A DNA stretch of 64,000 nt from Ylistrum balloti (Eukaryota). This document shows, in pieces, positions 55,101-64,000 of the stretch. The notes beneath the pieces were generated by a model, which searched no databases, was not told the DNA's origin, and saw only the letters and a list, made by a program, of their open reading frames with translations. The position numbers were made by a program, and so were the translations under genes. Each line of letters begins with the position of its first letter. Within the stretch, counting starts at the first letter, position 1. The stretch is taken from the NCBI RefSeq assembly GCF_031769215.1, contig NW_026781870.1:930001-994000 (forward strand), in the 5' to 3' direction.

Positions 55101-55716
55101 TGACTTAGTAGTACTGTGATTAGCGACTTAGACGTACTGTGATTAGTGACTTAGACGTACTGTGATAAGTGACTTAGACGTACTGTGATAAGTGACTTAG
55201 TAGTACTGTGATTAGCGACTTAGACGTACTGTGATAAGTGACTTAGACGTACTGTGATAAGTGACTTAGTAGTACTGTGTTAGACGTACTGTGATTAGTG
55301 ACTTAGACGTACTGTGATTAGTGACTTAGACGTACTGTGATAAGTGACCTAGATTTACACAATTGAAGGATTGGTTCTCAAAGAGTATGCTTAGAATATT
55401 TAATGCTTAATGATGGTTCAAATCTGGAGAAAGTGGCAATTCATGGAAAAAAAAATCTTCAAATTGATAAACAAGCTTTAAAAAGACAAGTTTTGAAACA
55501 TTTCAACTCTGAAAAGTATCAATATATTGTGTCCTGATGTCCCATATTAACTTACATTTTCCATTTGCAGATTTGGGACGACGTGGACTGGTTGCCAATG
55601 GAAACTACCTCGGCTGTATACGTAACTTAGCTATTGGAGTGGAGCGTACCCCACAGTATATCACTGCTGGAACTGTATTTGGCTCAGTCAAGACGGACAC
55701 TTGTCCCACAAATTAA
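809..55716 (+). CDS. LAMA5: Laminin subunit alpha, alpha3B/alpha5 (LanA/epi-1) type; 5'-partial; 73 exons traced
   Basis: Spliced peptides give LN ([46 protein letters not shown]), Cys-rich LE modules, two L4 domains, a ~565-aa coiled coil and five LG domains ending ...TDTCPTN-TAA (55714-55716). Intron phases are consistent throughout except at 22541-23302. The symbol denotes the LAMA3/5 orthology group, assigned from domain architecture only. Confidence 0.96.
2480..2810. mobile_element. Interspersed-repeat fragment with ~180-bp internal duplication
   Basis: aagatgtgcacc...cggacatttt...gggctttggaact at ~2508 and ~2689, ending aattcaagatggcagc. Confidence 0.5.
4368..12665 (+). CDS. Laminin alpha exons: first LE (EGF-like) array, LE2-LE11
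   Basis: Exons 4368-4486, 4811-4901, 5510-5606, 5753-5928, 6248-6385, 6916-7053, 7603-7737, 7996-8133, 8472-8648, 11848-12006, 12566-12665. LE cysteine spacing with G(Y/F)Y.(Y/F)P.C motifs. Confidence 0.95.
5093..5266. mobile_element. Decayed Tigger-like MITE
   Basis: 5' tacagtctaacatttttatcttgaa versus 3' tttgagataacgcggttcgaatgca: degenerate inverted termini of the TACAGTCGAAC type. Confidence 0.55.
6368..6843 (+). repeat. 30-bp minisatellite (~16 copies) spanning the exon 6248-6385 donor junction
   Basis: Unit actacccagagtgtagag|gtcagtaggtca = last 18 exon nt plus first 12 intron nt. Confidence 0.95.
7198..7455. mobile_element. Decayed MITE with internal ttatagacaggt repeats
   Basis: 5' ggtcaaacctgtttacaaaggcc, 3' ggccattaaggcatgttaacctgta; repeated internal tatagacaggt. 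Confidence 0.45.
9120..9345 (+). repeat. Degenerate tandem repeat with ggtcaaggtcagtgtactgaccta core
   Basis: Several imperfect copies of (gggagt)caaggtcagtgtactgacctatcctacaaacc. Confidence 0.7.
12649..13070 (+). repeat. 38-bp minisatellite spanning the exon 12566-12665 donor junction
   Basis: Unit ggtaaacgttgtgaaag|gtcagtaaatccatgggtgtg, ~10 copies, decaying to ~13210. Confidence 0.93.
13394..20252 (+). CDS. Laminin alpha exons: large L4a (domain IVb) globular insert typical of alpha3B/5
   Basis: Exons 13394-13550, 14642-14911, 16418-16512, 16947-17115, 17501-17661, 17859-17970, 18122-18204, 18608-18758, 18931-19060, 19539-19687, 20137-20252. Motifs [35 protein letters not shown]. Confidence 0.92.
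13551..14116 (+). repeat. 44-bp minisatellite starting exactly at a splice donor
   Basis: Unit gtctgtcacaaatgttgtcacactgtctacataatatagaattt, ~13 copies; the first copy begins at the intron GT (13551). Confidence 0.95.
15238..16140 (+). repeat. 54-bp intronic minisatellite (~17 copies)
   Basis: Unit agggtggtgtctctcctatctatttatagatcagtccattgtgataacataagg; explains the 18-aa periodic ORF 15243..16244. Confidence 0.96.
20481..24064 (+). CDS. Laminin alpha exons: second LE array (IIIb), one coding segment missing
   Basis: Exons 20481-20686, 21626-21756, 22470-22540, 23303-23374 ([24 protein letters not shown]), 23924-24064 (...[10 protein letters not shown]). Phase mismatch (2 vs 0) between 22540 and 23303. 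Confidence 0.88.
22590..23292 (+). repeat. 37/40-bp minisatellite (~18 copies)
   Basis: Unit cctgtacagaatgac(cac)ctttctagtgaacacatcatta. Confidence 0.95.
23469..23808. mobile_element. 340-bp MITE, Tc1/mariner-pogo (Tigger-like) termini, TA target duplication
   Basis: 5' ta|ctgtattcaatccaataagcgccc versus reverse complement of the 3' end ta|ccatattcgacccaattagcgccc (26 nt including TA, 5 mismatches); TA at 23467-68 and 23809-10; no ORF. Confidence 0.8.
24605..27429 (+). CDS. Laminin alpha exons: L4b (laminin B / IVa) domain
   Basis: Exons 24605-24760, 25259-25357, 25887-25973, 26862-26983, 27321-27429. Motifs [46 protein letters not shown]. Confidence 0.94.
26120..26330. mobile_element. HINE-like repeat fragment
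   Basis: Begins ttttttaccccgccatggtcaggagcatatagtgttacccttgtccatc, the T-run/hairpin/gtcc type of head seen in this class. Confidence 0.4.
27767..32021 (+). CDS. Laminin alpha exons: third LE array (IIIa)
   Basis: Exons 27767-27880, 28143-28261, 28374-28457, 29635-29846, 30135-30235, 30497-30677, 31884-32021; phases consistent. Confidence 0.94.
29958..30140 (+). repeat. 78-bp tandem repeat (~2.3 copies) spanning the acceptor of exon 30135-30235
   Basis: Unit includes acacctgtgtccttacag|cctgta, with AGs at 29978, 30056 and the true acceptor at 30134. Confidence 0.92.
32320..42767 (+). CDS. Laminin alpha exons: coiled-coil domains I/II
   Basis: Exons 32320-32471 ([12 protein letters not shown]), 33849-33953, 34285-34396, 35173-35343, 35750-35940, 36163-36279, 36769-36926, 37298-37436 ([15 protein letters not shown]), 40748-40841, 41814-41930, 42286-42471, 42613-42767 ([14 protein letters not shown]). 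Confidence 0.9.
32777..33848 (+). repeat. 33-bp minisatellite (~32 copies) ending at the acceptor of exon 33849-33953
   Basis: Unit aagtaaaagatcttttctcctccatggttcttg; the last copy reads ...ctcctccatggttctag|CCT. Confidence 0.96.
36320..36592 (+). repeat. 42-bp minisatellite (~6 copies)
   Basis: Unit ggttaaatggcttgaggttatgagttagggaaacatatgtga, starting ~40 nt after the 36279 donor. Confidence 0.92.
36660..36785 (+). repeat. 65-bp direct duplication of acceptor plus first 17 nt of exon 36769-36926
   Basis: ttatatcacgtttatttcttgtgtattatttttag|acggtgaatgaccaatc occurs twice (AG at 36703 and 36768). Confidence 0.93.
40151..40285 (+). repeat. 66-bp perfect direct duplication
   Basis: atgaagctgtttcactacacaaccaccctagcaaggaataaaggtagcttttatcatgggtcatca at 40151 and 40217. 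Confidence 0.92.
42942..48440 (+). CDS. Laminin alpha exons: LG1-LG3 and start of Pro-rich hinge
   Basis: Exons 42942-43112, 43242-43369 ([21 protein letters not shown]), 43479-43635, 44563-44690, 44999-45333, 45511-45607, 46475-46592, 47080-47223, 47625-47770, 47987-48166, 48319-48440. Confidence 0.94.
43700..44280 (+). repeat. ~57-65-bp minisatellite with variable GT tract
   Basis: Unit gaggtaaaacatactttttctgactgagaaacagtgag(ggtgtggtgaag)gtgtgtgtgtgg; explains the three overlapping minus-strand His/Thr-rich ORFs. Confidence 0.93.
46620..46915 (+). repeat. Old degenerate ~34-bp tandem repeat
   Basis: Recurring atctgtcccctaaa(a/c)tcc...tgg core just after the 46592 donor. Confidence 0.65.
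48690..50000. mobile_element. Non-autonomous Helentron/HINE (pearl/DINE-1-like) element with a nested second repeat (~49110-49625)
   Basis: Subterminal inverted motifs aattccctgcag (48690) and gcaggggattt (~49968); gtct/gttt microsatellite after the 5' end; internal direct repeats (gttgaaacttgataccatgttagtttagtaggagacctagtgt). The nested piece starts ttttagcccactatcatcag...cgtctgtccgtaaacaattt. Family assignment is by structure only. Confidence 0.55.
50100..55716 (+). CDS. Laminin alpha exons: hinge, LG4-LG5 and stop
   Basis: Exons 50100-50259, 50565-50754, 50898-51062, 51366-51519, 51896-52029 (GC donor), 52555-52654, 52855-52977, 55571-55716. Confidence 0.94.
53143..55353 (+). repeat. 2.2-kb 23-bp satellite in the last laminin intron
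   Basis: Unit tactgtgattag(t/c)gacttagacg with interspersed 13-bp deleted units (actgtgattagcg). Confidence 0.97.
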
Positions 55717-55717
55717 A

Positions 55718-58118
55718 AATAAATCTGAATTTGATCGAATTTTTTTAAGGCTTGTTGCCATGGTAACCTTTAGAGTGAAATAGAGTATTTATGGCTTTTT
55801 GAAATTATTTTTCAAAATTTATATGCTTCAATTATAAAACATTTACTGTTATATAGCACATGAAATATGCTAGTTGAAGTTGTAGAATCTGGAGAAGGAA
55901 ACATGAAAATGTTAAATCAAGTTATTTAAACAATACTATGTTGATTAGATTTCTATTCTGCCATCCACTTTAAGATACCCAAATTCTACTGGTTTAATCA
56001 GACTATTTTGTTTTTTCATACATATTCAAAATAATGGTGTGTGCATATTCTTTTGGTAAGCAGTATAAAAATTGAATGTATTATTTAAAATCACATTATT
56101 CATAAAAAATAAAAGTATGTTTATTTACTTAGAAATTATTTTTCATTTTTCAAAAATGTAGGATGATATGTTTCTCTGACAGGGTAACTAGAAGTTGAGG
56201 TTATGGCTTATAGATTATTTTCAGCGTTTGATTTTTATGTATGGAAAGTATATAAAGATAACTCTTTACAGAAATAAGTGGTTAAGTATTAATGTTTTAG
56301 TGTAAATGGATGGCAGTATATATAGAACATGATGTGTGCAATATGTTGGATCTGAAGAATGATAGTAATTGTATGTGATTATGTTACAACCTGTAGAATA
56401 CTCTAGTGTCTTTAACTCAACTGACAATATATCAAGACCTGCATAAATCAGGGAGAAAAAACTACAATCATCTGATATTTCTTTAATTTTGTTTAGTATT
56501 GAAAAGTTGCAAATTCAATGTTTAGATTTAATGGACTCAAAATAATGTTCAACCATAACCTAGAACATCATCTAAATACATACAAATGTGATAACTAGGT
56601 AATATAATTGACTGTAAAATCTCTTTCCCTGATGACCCTTTCATGCACCCTGTTATTCTTTATTTTGAAGGCCGTGACCAGATATTATTTGACAAGAAGT
56701 TGGTGACTCTGATTTCAGTGTCATTAGGCTTGTAATAGTCTTTTTATTGAATAATGTGTTTAAAGGTTACCATGACAACTCTCCCGCTGCAATTTAAATG
56801 AAAATTGTGTCCTTTTTCCTCACAGAATATTTCCTTCTTATTTTGAAAACAGTTTCAGTCTCAACGGTTTTGTTGATGCATTATACATTTTTAAATTTCA
56901 TTAAGGAATTATGTTTTCGTTTTTAATGATTTGTCATCTTTCATATCTAAATAGGAATTATCCTGTGTGGATGGGCACATTTTCTCAAAGTTAAATCTGA
57001 GAAATCTGATATGTAAAAGGTGAAGACCCTTATCTCCCCTGGCCACAGTAGCTCAATAATACTGAAGTAAATCCTGCAGAAATTGTCCCTGGATAAATGT
57101 CAAGATTTGTTTTTACAATTGATATTGTTTTTACCTATAAGTCCTGTCTTTCATTTTTATAAATAATGTTTTTAAAGAAATTTTATGTCTTGTTATCAAT
57201 CAAATGATAGTAGATGAACATCTGCAAATTTTATTATAATTTAGAGTTAATTGTAGAATTTCGTAGATTTTAGAAAATACTTTACCTCATCTCAGTATTT
57301 TGTTAATTACCTGGAGGTTTGTAATTTTAAATTTTGTGATTTCCTTTATGTTCATCAGGGTACATGTATGTTTTTTATCTTATTAAAGAATCTCGGTTTT
57401 AAAATTTATGAATTTTGATGGAGTTGTTTATACATGCCATATTTAGAAATTGAAGTTGGTCTGAAATCCTATTATGATCATTTAAATTTGTCAAAGATTT
57501 TCATCTGTCAAGATCTGAATCAAAATCGATCTCTTGTTTTGTAACAAATTTGAATTGTCTTCCCTTCACCATGTCATTTTTTAATGATCACAATTTGTCA
57601 ACAAATTGAGATACATGCATATCATTGATAAAAGCATAAGTAATAATGTAATTAAATCTGATTTATATTTACGTTCTTAAATTTTACTTTCATAAAATTA
57701 GATAAAACTTTTCAAAGAACAAAAACATGAAATTATGGGAATCAAAGAATCAAAATTGAAGAAAAAAATTCGAAACATCATTTTAATATTTGTCAAAGAG
57801 ATGATTTCTTTCTCTATGCATGTTTCTTAATTTTTTGATATAAGTAATTTTGGCAACTGTCCGTCTGTTTTTGTACATTTAGTTACCTGCACATAAATTG
57901 TTTCGGGTATTTTTCAAGAATTATTTTGTGGACTCGTGATGGAAATTTTTTTCAGAGGGTTTTTTTTGTTTGTTTGATGGTTAGAAATTTTCTTATTATC
58001 ATTATTATTATTGCTATGTTTATGTGTATTACTTTAAATTTCAGTATCATGGATTTGGCATTTTTGAAGAAATTTTGATGAAAAACTACACCAAATTAAC
58101 TAAATGTACTGAAATAAA
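55718..58118 (+). terminator. Candidate laminin polyadenylation signals
   Basis: AATAAA at 55718, 56108 and 58113; the last is followed by a TG/T-rich downstream tract. Confidence 0.4.
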
Positions 58119-59162
58119 AAGGAGTTAATGAAATATGTGTTTTATCATTATTTCTTTCAGTTGCACTGTTTATCTTCCAAACTTTGCCAGACATTCTTGA
58201 AAAGTGGCCAAAGTAATTTTGTCCATTGAAAAAACATTAAGTAGTTCAGAAGTCAAAACTCACTAATTCCGAGGAAATGGGGTCGAGAGGGATATTTGAA
58301 ATAAAATTTTGATAAATTGATTTTAAATTTTGGGTAAAGTAGAAAATGACTGAATTTAATCCTGGTTAATCATGTTTCAAATATCAGTATATGTAAGCAT
58401 TTCTTTTAAACAGTTACATGATACATAGAATTCAGTTGATGCTGGTTTTCCTTTAAAACAAATATTTCCTGAAATTTTAATTTAGAGCATCTTAATTAGT
58501 TTAATGTACATATCTGGTATTCACCAAGTAGAGGCAGATTTTTGACACAATCAAAAACATCTGTCTTTGAAATTATGAGGGCAGTAAGGCAGCTGTGTTC
58601 CATATAGCACAACTAGAAAATAGTGTTTATGGATGATGGAGTCCACTTAACGGCCATCCTAAAATTATTTTTTGCTGAAATCTTTCCTTCATTTTACTGA
58701 AAATGGATCAGCCAGCGCCTATTTGAAGCTTAACTTCAACCAACAATTTCAAGGACTTTGGTTTGTCTTGGTAAAAATATTGAATTCCAAACCTTAATCG
58801 CATAGGTAAACATTTGACAACCAAGGCCAACCTTAGGTATTGCAAAGTGTTCCACTACTAGTAGTCCAAAATAAGAAAGAATATATGTCAATTACCTATC
58901 ATGTTCCAAGTAAATGGCACAAACTAAAACGGCTAAGATTCCACTACATATTTATATAAAAATTTAAAGTATGGAAGGAAAGTCAAAGGTACAACCATTT
59001 CATTCACTTCGACCAAAACATGCATTACAATCTGAAAGCTAAAAACTTGAATGGTGGAAGCATGCTTAAAAGGGCCAAGGCCCATAAGTATTCAACACTG
59101 GAAACACAACAAAAACTACACCACCCTGTAGGTATAGAAATGTACATTTATATACATAATAT

Positions 59163-59299
59163 TTTATTAAAGTGAATTTCAGTTTTAACAATATTGGTGC
59201 ATACAGGTTTCAACACATGCTATTTTTCTTTTTATGATTTTTTTGTTTACTTCAGAGTTTCATCATTTTCTGGCATAAATTGACAATATTTTCTTTATT
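59163..59299 (-). terminator. Candidate CFAP95 polyadenylation signals
   Basis: Minus-strand AATAAA (tttatt on +) at 59294-59299 and 59163-59168. Confidence 0.4.
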
Positions 59300-59448
59300 C
59301 CTCTACACAGAGTTGCTGCCATGCAAGTCTTTGAGCTCTTTGTTATCATGCTATACAACAAATCACAATTCTATTCTTCATGTTATGATAGTGTTTTCTT
59401 TCTGCAGTTGCTTGCCCCTTGTTTCCCTGTTTATGAAGTCTGGATTTA

Positions 59449-62400
59449 CTACACACTTTCTGGTATTGGATTGGATGATTTGATAACTTCTTTTTTGTAG
59501 TGAGTATTAGCATAAACGCCACTCTCATCCTGCCATGTATTGCGACCGGGACGCCGGTAATCAGCAGTGTCTGTGAACTGGGAGTGGCACTTCCGATATG
59601 CTGCAGACAAATCTGGAAAGTCTGGTGGCATCTCCTGAAAAAGAAAGTCCAAGCATGTATACTGATTTTTACATTTTAAAAGATAGCTCTCTTTAGATAC
59701 AGTACTTTTGCCCAGTAATAAAAAGCATTGACTGGAGAAATGGGAAGGAGTTTTGTTGTGATTTTATCAGTAGAAGATATGTCAGGCAAATTTTATCATT
59801 CTTTTCAGGCTGATTAATATTTTGTAACTGAAATCGAAATTTATACCAAGAAAAACCATAAATATGTTGATTCACATGTTCCACATGAGAACAGTTCAGG
59901 CACATCGGCAGTTCATTCAGTCAATATTTCTCGCTATCCAACTGTCCAGATTTTGTTTTTAAATTTTGTAATTTTGTTACACTACACTTTAATGCTCAAT
60001 ATTGACATGATCCAGTCAATTTTCAACAAATTCTGTTTTGCATTACAAGAGTTATGCCCCTTCTTTTGCATCTACATTCATTTTTTTATCTATTTTACTT
60101 TCGGACAAAGTCTTGATTTAGCTTTTCCATACTAATACTTGTTGGTCAATAAAATTAGTTCCTGAAATGTTACATTTAAAGTGTGGACGAATGTTGGTTA
60201 CGTGTACATAGAAGTCAGTCCGTGTCCCATTCTAAAAATACAACTTGGATGTAAATATTGACATGCACTTAGAGGGCCATAGCTGACCATGTGTGTTATA
60301 GTTTCCAGGTACAGTGTTTAACTCCCACCTTAAAAATCATTAGATTGGGAAATGGGGTTGGGCTTAATACTAAGCAGTACTGATCAACAGTGGCTAAAAA
60401 ATCTTATTTTTGATATTTTTGGTCATAAGTCTATTGAACTTACCGGGACTGTTTTGTAGTCTGGATTGGGAAGTTTGTAGTCGGCTCTGTGAGTTGTTTC
60501 TAGATGATGTTTGTTGTAGTCAGGATTATGACGGGGCAGCACTGAACCATAGCCTCTCTTTGGGAAGCCAACATCCCTGTTGACCAAAATAATACAAATT
60601 TAATGTATTGTACATGACATGAAAGCTGACATGTGATATATGAGGCAGGTATGGATAGAACCAACTAGATCAACTATGATGCTACATTGAATTTAGTATA
60701 TACATATGGTATACATTACTGGAATTGTAAACTTTGGTAGACATAATGAAAAAGATATGTCAAAAGTATATTGGTACAATTTCTAAGAAGTTAAAAATCT
60801 ATTCAATTGGAAATTATATAGAAAGCATCACTCATCATAAATTTTTAAAATCTTATCAGAATGACAAGGCCATTTGGTTACTACAATAGACATGATCTTG
60901 AAAATGTTATTGTGACTGAACATTAACCTTGAATCCAGGTTTATTTTGATGTGGTAAGGCAGATATGAGTGATTGTTTCAGTACATTTGATGTTGAAAGT
61001 ATTTTGTCTCTAACTGTTGCTTAGCTTCAATAATTATTTAACAAACAGGAATGGAGGACTTGAACAGTAATGTAATATAAGACTTCTTTCTATGTCATTT
61101 TCTGAAAATTTATCTGCATGAAATCAAAAATATATGCTGACAGCCATATTGAATTCTGAGTCTAACTTATTGAGTGTAGAACTGAAATTCCAATATTTGC
61201 AGGACCTTTATTTTAAAGAAATATTTAAAGGGTTGTTTCGTGCAACCATTTTTGTGGCACTTCGAGTAAAGAATCTCAAACAGATTGATAATCTGACTCT
61301 TTGTACTTGAATATTAAAGTGATCACTTTCATAATACAATTGCTGTAAACATAAAATATTCAATGGTAATCTCATTTTAGTGATTTTAACACCCCACAGG
61401 ACACCTTAAGTGTTAGTATCAACATGGTGCTTACCTGTCGAGATCGGCATGGCCAACAGTGTCAAGTGTTACCATGGACTTCCTCACTTGCTGTTCTTTG
61501 AAGTCGTCCTTGAGGTATGTTTGCTCCGCATGATCCTGATATGTTGTTTTTGGTAATGTCTGAAATAAAAATGTAGCTCATAAATATTTATTCTGAAGTG
61601 CAACCCAACTCCTGTAACCTGAGGCCCAATATCAGGGCTGTTGGGTAAGATATGATGTTCAACTTTCACAAAAATTCTCCAATCAGACATGAAAAGTTAC
61701 GATAATAGAAAATTTCTACTTACACCATCTGTTACATCTCCTATCTTATCATATGTTGCTTTACAAAGATTTCTTTCATCATTCCTGCTGATGTCATAGT
61801 TCTTGGGTTCTGCTTCCCTTGCTTGATGCCTGCAAATTAGGGAAATTAATCAGAGTTGCCGATTAACCAATGTTATCTATTTATTCTACAGATTTAGCTG
61901 CTTTGAGAATATTTGTTAATACTTAAATGTACACGCTCAAGGGATCAAATATTTGAGTCCTTGACTCATGTTTTGCCTCTTGAGTTCACTCAAACACTGC
62001 GGACCCATTGTTTCTTTGTAACTGGGCTCATCAAAATTTTGGAAATGGTGCTCTGGACTCACCAGAAAAATTATTACAAAAAACCACTGTAGAGTTAAAA
62101 CAACACCTAACTAAACCAAGGACTTACAACACATCCCAGCACCTTTAGGCTGAAAGCGAAGATCAAAAGAGAAATAGGAAATGATTTTTAAAAACTGATT
62201 TTACATAAGAAATACTTCTGACCGTGAAGAAAACAGCATTAAATAACTTTACTGACATTCACTTTTGCTAGAACACCATTTACATGTATGACCTGGTGCT
62301 GACACTATTCTGATTGGAATCCGATCTCTTGTTTTTGTGTTATGTGGTACAAGATGAGAAATCAGATTTTAATTATGTTGGTATTGAAGTGTCAGAGACA

Positions 62401-63177
62401 AGGGAAGCTTGTGCTACATAAAACCATCATAGACATTTTAAACATTAACGAAAAGTCTAACCAAAATATGAATGATGTACAGAGAGACAGGACCACTGCT
62501 ATTATGTCTTTGTCATTGATCGCAGGCATAAGAGTATATATATTACTGGAAACAGAGAGCATCACTTAAGCTCGATTGGTTGAGCACAAGACCAGTACGG
62601 AGTGTTGGGTTCCATCCCTAGCTCAAGTATAGTACAGACTACATGAAGTACCGGTACTACTCCATACAATGTACAACGTATAAATATCAAATCCGGCCTC
62701 CTCTGTCCCGCAATATAACAAAATCGTATCAATGTCAGTAGTTGTCTGCACGTACTTATACATTTATGATATACAATTTGTACATCATTGCAGCTATCAT
62801 ACTATAGTACATCTTCATTTAGGCGTTATATCTAAAACACGAACCCTGATTGGTACAGTCCACTTCTCTGCTGATAGTCAACATCGTGATCTAATCAGTT
62901 ATTTAGAAAGCTATCTTAAGTGTACTGACACACTGTAGGAAACGCACCAAAACAAACGTTTGAAGGAAATCAAAACTCCATAAAGGCACGGTAACCGACT
63001 AGTTAACAAAATATTTCGAGTGTTTATCACTGTAGAAAGTAAACAATCGTATTACCACAAGCAACATTCCAGAAAAGGCACCTACCAGTTCGAATTTAAG
63101 GTAGCTCTGCCATAGTTCATATGATCAGAACGTAAGAAGAGGGACCCCTTCCGCTCATGAAAATCTGGAACAGACAT
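59449..63177 (-). CDS. CFAP95: Cilia- and flagella-associated protein 95 (C9orf135) homolog, 5 coding exons
   Basis: Exons (minus) 63177-63086 MSVPDFHERKGSLFLRSDHMNYGRATLNSN; 61829-61724 (W)HQAREAEPKNYDI...; 61559-61435; 60576-60444 GYGSVLPRHNPDY...; 59634-59449 ...AYRKCHSQFTDTADYRRPGRNTWQDESGVYAN...stop. All GT-AG with matching phases (2,0,2,0). Motifs ERKGSL.LRS.H, W H..RE..PK.YDI and RKC.SQFTD...NTW.DESG.YAN recalled from human C9orf135. Confidence 0.92.
62564..62628 (+). pseudogene. tRNA-derived sequence (SINE head or tRNA pseudogene) in CFAP95 intron 1
   Basis: D-arm GCTC-gattggtt-GAGC (62570-62585, A-box-like); T-arm GGG-ttccat-CCC (62607-62618, B-box-like); the anticodon arm does not pair. 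Confidence 0.5.
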
Positions 63178-63180
63178 GAT

Positions 63181-63427
63181 TATTTACATTGACAGCGGAA
63201 GTAACCAAATCACACTCAAGTTAACAGCCCTCCGCGTAAAGAATTAAACCCACAAGTTGCAATTAAACAGGATGTGATAGTGAATGATAATAACATGTGT
63301 GTAAAACTCTTTTCTTCGTGCACAAATTATTTTCTACTTAAGGAAAAAATATTGAAACGTATAAATTTGTGATAAATAGAATTAACGGTTACTTTTGCGT
63401 ATCATTACGCTGATTTCTCATAGCAAC
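63181..63427 (-). promoter_or_regulatory. Putative CFAP95 promoter with X-box-like (RFX), ETS and forkhead motifs
   Basis: atttctcatagcaac at 63413-63427, gcggaagt at ~63195, tatttac at 63181, and gtaaaca at 63039-63045 in intron 1. RFX/FOXJ1 control of motile-cilia genes is established; function here is inferred. Confidence 0.4.
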
Positions 63428-64000
63428 TAATACACGTAGACATGCACAAGTCCCCAGTAGCAGGTGTATTGATTCTAAACTATCGAAAGTCATGTTGCTC
63501 TGGATGGACTTTGGTGGCCTTCAAAATATTCGTATTTCGAAAAGAAAAAGTTTCGCATCGGACACTGTTAAACGGTAGATGACGAATTTGATTAAAATGC
63601 AGCTCAAATGAAACCAAGAAGGGTTTATGAAACACTATGCCCTCGGCCTGAGTTGCAAATTGTAACAAAATTCTGATCCCCAGGAGGGACATTAAAATTG
63701 TGTGAGGCTTGTGCTAATTTTTCAAATGTAGGTCAAAGGTCACAGTCAATGTCATAATGGCAAAACATTTATTACCACCAGAAAGGTCTTGTCACAAGGA
63801 ACACTCATGCAAAATATGAAAGCAAAGCCTGCAATGGTGATGAGAAAGGCACGTTAGAGTGGACAACAGGCAAACACTACTGACAAACAGACACACAAAA
63901 ATATGGCCCATATCTCTCGATCAATGGCAAAAATGTTAGTCAAATCACGGACTTAAATACATTTTTATGTCTAACCAAGTTATATTATTATGTAACAGGA

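Noticed and set aside
56000-59300. Possible third gene between laminin and CFAP95
   Set aside because: AT-rich, with no spliceable coding segments found; consistent with 3'UTRs and intergenic DNA.
63480-63930. 70-aa minus ORF and window-end sequence
   Set aside because: No recognisable protein; the distal part looks like an interspersed-repeat fragment.

Overview
AT-rich, intron-dense animal genomic DNA, probably a bivalve mollusc (inferred from the repeat families and intron style). The + strand carries nearly all of a laminin alpha chain gene of the alpha3B/alpha5 (Drosophila LanA-like) type. I traced 73 exons by splice site and phase from 809 to the stop at 55716: LN, LE array, L4a, LE, L4b, LE, coiled coil, LG1-5. 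The signal peptide and start of LN lie upstream of the window. The chain is continuous except at 22541-23302, where half an LE module is missing beside a minisatellite. A convergent 5-exon CFAP95/C9orf135 homolog lies on the - strand (63177 to 59449). Most interesting: (i) in-frame microexon candidates with good splice signals in the two long repeat-poor laminin introns, plus a possible truncating LaNt-like exon; (ii) minisatellites that copy splice donors or acceptors, giving arrays of decoy splice sites; (iii) a GC-AG intron, X-box clusters, MITE/HINE-like insertions and a tRNA-derived element. All alternative-splicing calls are sequence-only predictions.
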